Of a DNA stretch of 64,000 nucleotides, positions 59,399-64,000 are shown one piece after another. A model generated the notes under the pieces. That model made no database searches. It saw nothing but the letters and a program-made list of their open reading frames with translations, and was not told where the DNA came from. This DNA is from an uncultured Candidatus Saccharibacteria bacterium (GTDB lineage: Bacteria > Patescibacteriota > Minisyncoccia > UBA6257 > Colwellbacteraceae). Position 1 is the first letter of the stretch. Each line of letters opens with the position of its first letter. Both the position numbers and the translations under genes were made by a program. The stretch is taken from positions 2,251 to 66,250 of the forward strand of contig CAYHTW010000002.1 of assembly GCA_964360065.1 (NCBI GenBank), given 5' to 3'.

Positions 59399-61067
59399 AG
59401 CCCATCCAATCTATGGGGCCAGTGATACGTTCCACCTCTTTAAGCGTCGTGAGTCCCGAAACAGCTTTTAAGACGCCGTCTCCCTGCATTTCCACCATGC
59501 CCTGGGACCTGCCCAGTTTTTTAATAGCTTCTTCGGTGGCTTCATGAGCAATAAGAGCCTCCATCTCGTCGCCGCACTTCAGGAACTCAAATATACCTAT
59601 CCTTCCTTTAAACCCTTCGTGACATTTAGGACATCCCTTGGCTTCGTAGAACTTTGGAGTCAGATTGGCGTAAAGCAACTTGGTTCTCTCTGGGAGTCCG
59701 TCTATAAAACCTTTTATTTTATTAAAAGCTACTTCATCTGGGGCAACTTCCACCTTACAGTAGTCGCAAAGTTTCCTAATTAATCTTTGGGCGATAATAA
59801 TATTTATAGCTGGGCCTATAATTGAAGTCTTGGCCCCTAGGTCCACTAGTCTCGGCACGGCGCCAGCAGCATCGTTGGTGTGTAGGGTTGAAAAAACCAA
59901 GTGACCGGTTAGAGCCGCGTTCATACCTATTTCGGCAGTTTCCAAATCTCTGATTTCTCCGACTAAAATAATATCCGGGTCTTGTCTTAAAATAGAACGA
60001 AGTCCGGACGCGAAGGTGTAGCCACTGCCTGGATCAACTTGGGTTTGCTCAATTCCATCCAAATGGTATTCAATCGGGTCTTCTATGGTGATTATTTTAA
60101 GCTCCGAGCTTTTAACAGCTTTCAAAAAAGCATAAAGGGAGGTGGTCTTGCCGCTTCCCGTTGGGCCGGTCACAAGAATAGTTCCGTTGGGACGTTTTAG
60201 TTCTCTATCAATAGTTTCTCTGTCGTCTTGTCGTAATCCCAAGTCAGTAAGACTCAATAAAATAGTTTTGGGGTCCAAAACGCGCATAACTACAGTTTCT
60301 CCGTACTCGGAAGGAATGACGGAAGTTCTTATTTCTATATTTTCTTGTTTGATGGTGGTAGTGAACCTGCCATCTTGAGCTGCATCAGAAACATTAATCT
60401 TAAGACCTGAAACTAGTTTCAAACGATTTAGAACAAAAGTATAAGATGGCTTTTCTAGGCGGCAAATGTCGTAAAGTAAGCCATCTATTCTAAATCTAAC
60501 CAGTGAGTTTTCTTTAGTTGGCTCAAGGTGAATGTCGGAGGCGCCGGTTGTGATAGCCGAGCCCAGTATGAAGTCCAGTAGGCCGGTGGTCTCTGTGGAT
60601 GATTTCTCCAGTTGTTTTATCTGACTACCAATGTGGGCTAAGTCTAAGCCGACAAAAGACTCGGTTTCTTTAATATTAACTCCCTCCAAGGCTCCCTCAC
60701 GCGGAGCCTCTTTGACTTCCCGATATCGGCCCCAAGTGTGTTGTAGTCCCCTTATAGAGGAAATAAATAAGGAGACTGATATTCCCGCTTGATTAAGTTC
60801 TTCCACCAACTTCTTTAGTTCGGGATTATTTTCGTCAAAGATAGCGATAGCCAGCCTGTTATGCTTGGAGTCTACGACAGCAGCTTCGGCAAGTCTGGCT
60901 CGTTCTTCGGGTATTTTTTTAAGAAAATCTAGATTAACCGAGGTGGAAAAGAGATTAATATGGGGGAGTTTGGCCTCCACTGCGCGACGCTCGGCGTCTC
61001 TCTCTTCAGCTTCGTGGTTAAGGCGCTCTAAGTCTTCACTGATGTTTTTCTTCCCGAATAAATCCAT
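59397..61067 (-). CDS. GspE/PilB-family pilus assembly ATPase
   Basis: ASDIHLEP, QDGR, GPTGSGKT, EDPIEY, LRQDPD, CxxC pairs. Confidence 0.92.
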   Translation of the reverse strand: MDLFGKKNISEDLERLNHEAEERDAERRAVEAKLPHINLFSTSVNLDFLKKIPEERARLAEAAVVDSKHNRLAIAIFDENNPELKKLVEELNQAGISVSLFISSIRGLQHTWGRYREVKEAPREGALEGVNIKETESFVGLDLAHIGSQIKQLEKSSTETTGLLDFILGSAITTGASDIHLEPTKENSLVRFRIDGLLYDICRLEKPSYTFVLNRLKLVSGLKINVSDAAQDGRFTTTIKQENIEIRTSVIPSEYGETVVMRVLDPKTILLSLTDLGLRQDDRETIDRELKRPNGTILVTGPTGSGKTTSLYAFLKAVKSSELKIITIEDPIEYHLDGIEQTQVDPGSGYTFASGLRSILRQDPDIILVGEIRDLETAEIGMNAALTGHLVFSTLHTNDAAGAVPRLVDLGAKTSIIGPAINIIIAQRLIRKLCDYCKVEVAPDEVAFNKIKGFIDGLPERTKLLYANLTPKFYEAKGCPKCHEGFKGRIGIFEFLKCGDEMEALIAHEATEEAIKKLGRSQGMVEMQGDGVLKAVSGLTTLKEVERITGPIDWMG

Positions 61068-61123
61068 AATTACTTATAATAATACTACATAAAAAGGGGC
61101 CTTTATACTACACTAATGGCACT

Positions 61124-61648
61124 ATGTCAGGACACAGTAAGTGGAAACAAATAAAACACAAAAAGGAGATAACCGATAAAAAACGGAGTCAAAATTTCAG
61201 TAAACTTCTGAAGGCTATTAAGGTGGCGGCCAAGGGTAACCCCAACCCTGAATTTAACCCCAAGCTCCGCTCGGCTATTGATAAGGCTAAAGAATTTCAG
61301 GTTCCACAAGACAATATTGAACGTGCTGTAGAACAAATTGGAGAAAAAGATTTAGAAGATGTTACTATTGAGGCTTATGGCCCCAGTGGATCGGCCTTAA
61401 TTATCGAAGCCGTAACTGATAATACCAACAGAACTATCAACGAAATTAAGAATATATTAAAGAATATGGGCGCCAAATTTGCCGAACCTGGAAGCGTACG
61501 TTGGTCTTTTAATCTACCCGCGGGGGAAGTCGGCTGGACTCCTAAGTTTGAACAGGAACTAAATGAAATTGATTTGAAAAAATTAAATGAACTCGTAGAA
61601 ACGCTTGAAGAACATGATGATGTACAAGAAGTCTTTAAGAACGCCTAG
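61124..61648 (+). CDS. yebC: YebC/PmpR-family protein (short form)
   Basis: MSGHSKW, EAYGP.G, TDNTNRT, HDDVQEV. Confidence 0.9.
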   Translation: MSGHSKWKQIKHKKEITDKKRSQNFSKLLKAIKVAAKGNPNPEFNPKLRSAIDKAKEFQVPQDNIERAVEQIGEKDLEDVTIEAYGPSGSALIIEAVTDNTNRTINEIKNILKNMGAKFAEPGSVRWSFNLPAGEVGWTPKFEQELNEIDLKKLNELVETLEEHDDVQEVFKNA

Positions 61649-62123
61649 TATAACCATCCTCGGAGTAGATCCCGGGACGATGAGAATAGGCTACGGGGTT
61701 ATAAGCAAGAGTGGTAGCCACTTTGAAGCTCTCACTTATGGAGTCATTGAGCCTGTTAGTGGGAACGGCCGCTTTAAAGATATAGGTCAAGGGCTTAATA
61801 AACTCATTAAAAAATATAAGCCGAATGTAGCGGCAGTAGAGAAAATATTTTTCTCCAAGAACAAGAAGACAGCCATGGCAGTGGCAGAAGCTAGGGGAGT
61901 AATTCTATTTATTTTAGAGCAACACAGCATTAAAACGCTGGAATTTTCACCCAACGAGATTAAGGCAGCCGTGACCGGCTCTGGAATGAGTGATAAGAAA
62001 ACAGTGTCTCAGTTCACAGCCTCTGCCTTAGGACTGAAAAAGATTTCTGGATACGACGATGCGGCTGATGCTTTGGCCGTAGCCGTCCGGGCAGCTTTCG
62101 AAAGGGGGGTTGACACAATATGA
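61605..62123 (+). CDS. ruvC: Holliday junction resolvase RuvC (start uncertain)
   Basis: LGVDPG, VEKIFF, EARGV, DDAADA. Confidence 0.92.
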   Translation: MKNMMMYKKSLRTPSITILGVDPGTMRIGYGVISKSGSHFEALTYGVIEPVSGNGRFKDIGQGLNKLIKKYKPNVAAVEKIFFSKNKKTAMAVAEARGVILFILEQHSIKTLEFSPNEIKAAVTGSGMSDKKTVSQFTASALGLKKISGYDDAADALAVAVRAAFERGVDTI

Positions 62124-62207
62124 TGTTCGTATATACTGGGCGTGTAATAAAAAGTGTTCAAACGTTTTTAGCCAGAAAATTAAAAGGTCGTTAACTTAAA
62201 ATAGGAA

Positions 62208-62399
62208 ATGATCGCAAAGATAAAAGAAATTCTTCTTAGCCCAGACGAGGAACCGGGCAGCGAAGGGGAAGTATTAGGAGACGATGAAGAGGATATTAAG
62301 AAAAAGAAGAAGAGTGGAGACGAAGACGGTCTCTTGGACGACGAAGAAGAGAAATTGGACTTCGGCACAGACGACATAGAGGACGAAGAGGAGTCTTAG
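62208..62399 (+). CDS. Small very acidic hypothetical protein
   Basis: 63 aa D/E-rich with a K6 patch; own promoter (TTGACA 62110, TATACT 62132) and terminator. Confidence 0.7.
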   Translation: MIAKIKEILLSPDEEPGSEGEVLGDDEEDIKKKKKSGDEDGLLDDEEEKLDFGTDDIEDEEES

Positions 62400-62424
62400 T
62401 TGATAGGTATTATTAACTTTTACG

Positions 62425-62470
62425 AACCCAGCGCCACTTTTAACATATTGCTTAAAAGTGGCGCTGGGTT
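62425..62470 (+). terminator. Long hairpin terminator
   Basis: AACCCAGCGCCACTTTTAA...TTAAAAGTGGCGCTGGGTT. Confidence 0.7.
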
Positions 62471-62491
62471 TATAAATGAATCGTACTTTCT

Positions 62492-64000
62492 ATGAGGCTT
62501 ATAGGTAAATTCGTTCTGGTTTCAATAACTTTTCTCATCTTCGGGGTGGGTTTCTTTTTTTATATTATCAAAACCCTGCCCACTACTGACGAAATAACCC
62601 AAAGACAAGTAATAGAATCTACCAAAATATATGACCGAACCGGGGAAAATTTGCTTTACGAAATCCACGGTGAAGAAAAAAGGACTGTAATTCCTTTTGA
62701 CCAAATCCCCGACATGATGAAAGAGGCCACTATCAGTATTGAGGACAGCTCTTTTTATAGTCATCCGGCCTTTGATTGGAGGGCTATATTGCGGGCTGTT
62801 TTCGTTGATATTACTACCGGCACTAGGGCCCAAGGAGCCTCAACTATAACCCAGCAACTCGCCAAGAAAGCCTTTTTGAGTTCCGAAAAAACTATTACCA
62901 GAAAAATAAAAGAGCTGGCTCTCGCTCGGAGGTTAGAAAACACTTACACCAAAGACCAAATACTTAGTCTCTATTTAAACCAGGTGCCTTACGGAGGAAA
63001 TGCTTACGGAGTAGAGGCTGCTTCACAAGCTTATTTTAACCACGACGCCGAGAAGCTAAGCCTGGGCGAGTCCGCAATGCTCGCCGCCCTTACACAGGCT
63101 CCGAGTTATTACTCTCCTTGGGGCAGCCACGCCGATGAACTGGAGGATAGAAGGAAGTTGGTTTTAAAAAGAATGTTGGATTTGGGTTATATAGACCAAG
63201 CTCAGCTTGACTTTGCTTCGGCCAATAAGCCGGAGGTGGTTTCCCAACCTACTTCAAGTATCAGGGCTCCCCATTTTGTTTTTTACGTCCAGGATTATCT
63301 AAGGGAAAAATACGGTGAGGACGCCCTGGAGGCTGGCGGGTTAAAAGTTATAACCACTTTGGATTGGAACTTACAGCAGGCGGCTGAATTGGCGATAGAA
63401 AACGGTGTTAAGAGAAATAGCGAGCTTTACGGAGGAGAAAATGCGGCCATGGTGGTAGAGGATCCTACCACCGGGCAGATACTGGCCATGGTCGGTTCTA
63501 AAGATTATTTTGCCGATCCGGTGCCTAGGGGCTGTACCCCGGGGAAGAACTGTAGGTTTGAGGGTAATTTTAACGTTGCCACTCAGGGCCAGAGACAACC
63601 AGGCTCGGCTTTAAAGCCCTTTGTCTACATGACACTGCTGCAGCAGGGATTCTTGCCGGAAACTATTCTCTGGGACGTACCTACTGAATTTGCGACCGGC
63701 CGATCAGACTGTCCCGCCGATGTTAGTTTCGCCAACGAAAACACAAAATGTTACCATCCCAAAAATTTTGATGGTAAGTTCAGGGGGCCAGTAATGGTTC
63801 GGGAGGCTCTGGCCCAATCCATTAACGTCCCGGCCGTGAAGGCGCTTTATTTAGCTGGCCTCAAGAATGTATTGGATAATCTTTCGGCTTTCGGGATAAC
63901 AACCTTAAGCGACTCAAGTCGTTTCGGCTTATCACTGACCCTTGGAGGAGGGGAAGTTAAACTCACCGAACTAGTTGGAGCTTATTCGGTTTTAGCTAAC
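62492..64000 (+). CDS. Class A penicillin-binding protein (PBP1A family), runs off the window
   Basis: MRLIGKF TM, IEDSSFY, QGASTITQQLAK, RKIKE, RQPGSALKP. Confidence 0.92.
   Translation, partial: MRLIGKFVLVSITFLIFGVGFFFYIIKTLPTTDEITQRQVIESTKIYDRTGENLLYEIHGEEKRTVIPFDQIPDMMKEATISIEDSSFYSHPAFDWRAILRAVFVDITTGTRAQGASTITQQLAKKAFLSSEKTITRKIKELALARRLENTYTKDQILSLYLNQVPYGGNAYGVEAASQAYFNHDAEKLSLGESAMLAALTQAPSYYSPWGSHADELEDRRKLVLKRMLDLGYIDQAQLDFASANKPEVVSQPTSSIRAPHFVFYVQDYLREKYGEDALEAGGLKVITTLDWNLQQAAELAIENGVKRNSELYGGENAAMVVEDPTTGQILAMVGSKDYFADPVPRGCTPGKNCRFEGNFNVATQGQRQPGSALKPFVYMTLLQQGFLPETILWDVPTEFATGRSDCPADVSFANENTKCYHPKNFDGKFRGPVMVREALAQSINVPAVKALYLAGLKNVLDNLSAFGITTLSDSSRFGLSLTLGGGEVKLTELVGAYSVLAN

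Noticed and set aside
1-64000. Many short opposite-strand or nested ORFs in the supplied track (e.g. 312-626, 13264-13968, 32900-33358, 46500-47249)
   Set aside because: They are shadows of well-supported genes and show no recognisable motifs.
1-64000. CRISPR array, rRNA, intact transposase or prophage
   Set aside because: No regularly spaced repeat-spacer series, rRNA-like sequence, transposase or phage structural genes were seen.

Overview
Compact, AT-rich bacterial chromosome segment using the standard genetic code. Gene content and style (VirB2-like pilins, PilB, short YebC, few Shine-Dalgarno sites, scattered tRNAs) suggest a Patescibacteria/CPR (Parcubacteria-like) genome; this is an inference. 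It is mostly housekeeping (hup, rny, clpB, htrA, iscS, ftsK, recA, tyrS, clpP, ppa, nusA, pnp, rpsO, xer, gdh, gyrA, rpsA, ftsH, znuABC, rpsT, holA, tsaE, ruvB/C, PBP1A), plus 10 tRNAs including a tRNA-Ile(UAU), a CsoR/CopA copper cluster with several uncharacterised Cys/His-rich genes, and a lipid-modification operon. The most striking signal is three separate single-gene nuclease cassettes, each bracketed by a direct repeat of a conserved host sequence: a NYN gene inside a 75-bp duplication of the xer 3' end, a GIY-YIG gene inside a 20-bp duplication of the tRNA-Val 5' end, and a LAGLIDADG gene between two 19-bp parS-like palindromes. Also seen: two candidate structured ncRNAs, a recurring AA(G/A)GTCG-like leader motif, palindromic elements inserted in frame in proteins, an unannotated 40-aa very basic ORF and a folD remnant. 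All calls come from reading the sequence; no searches or folding programs were run.
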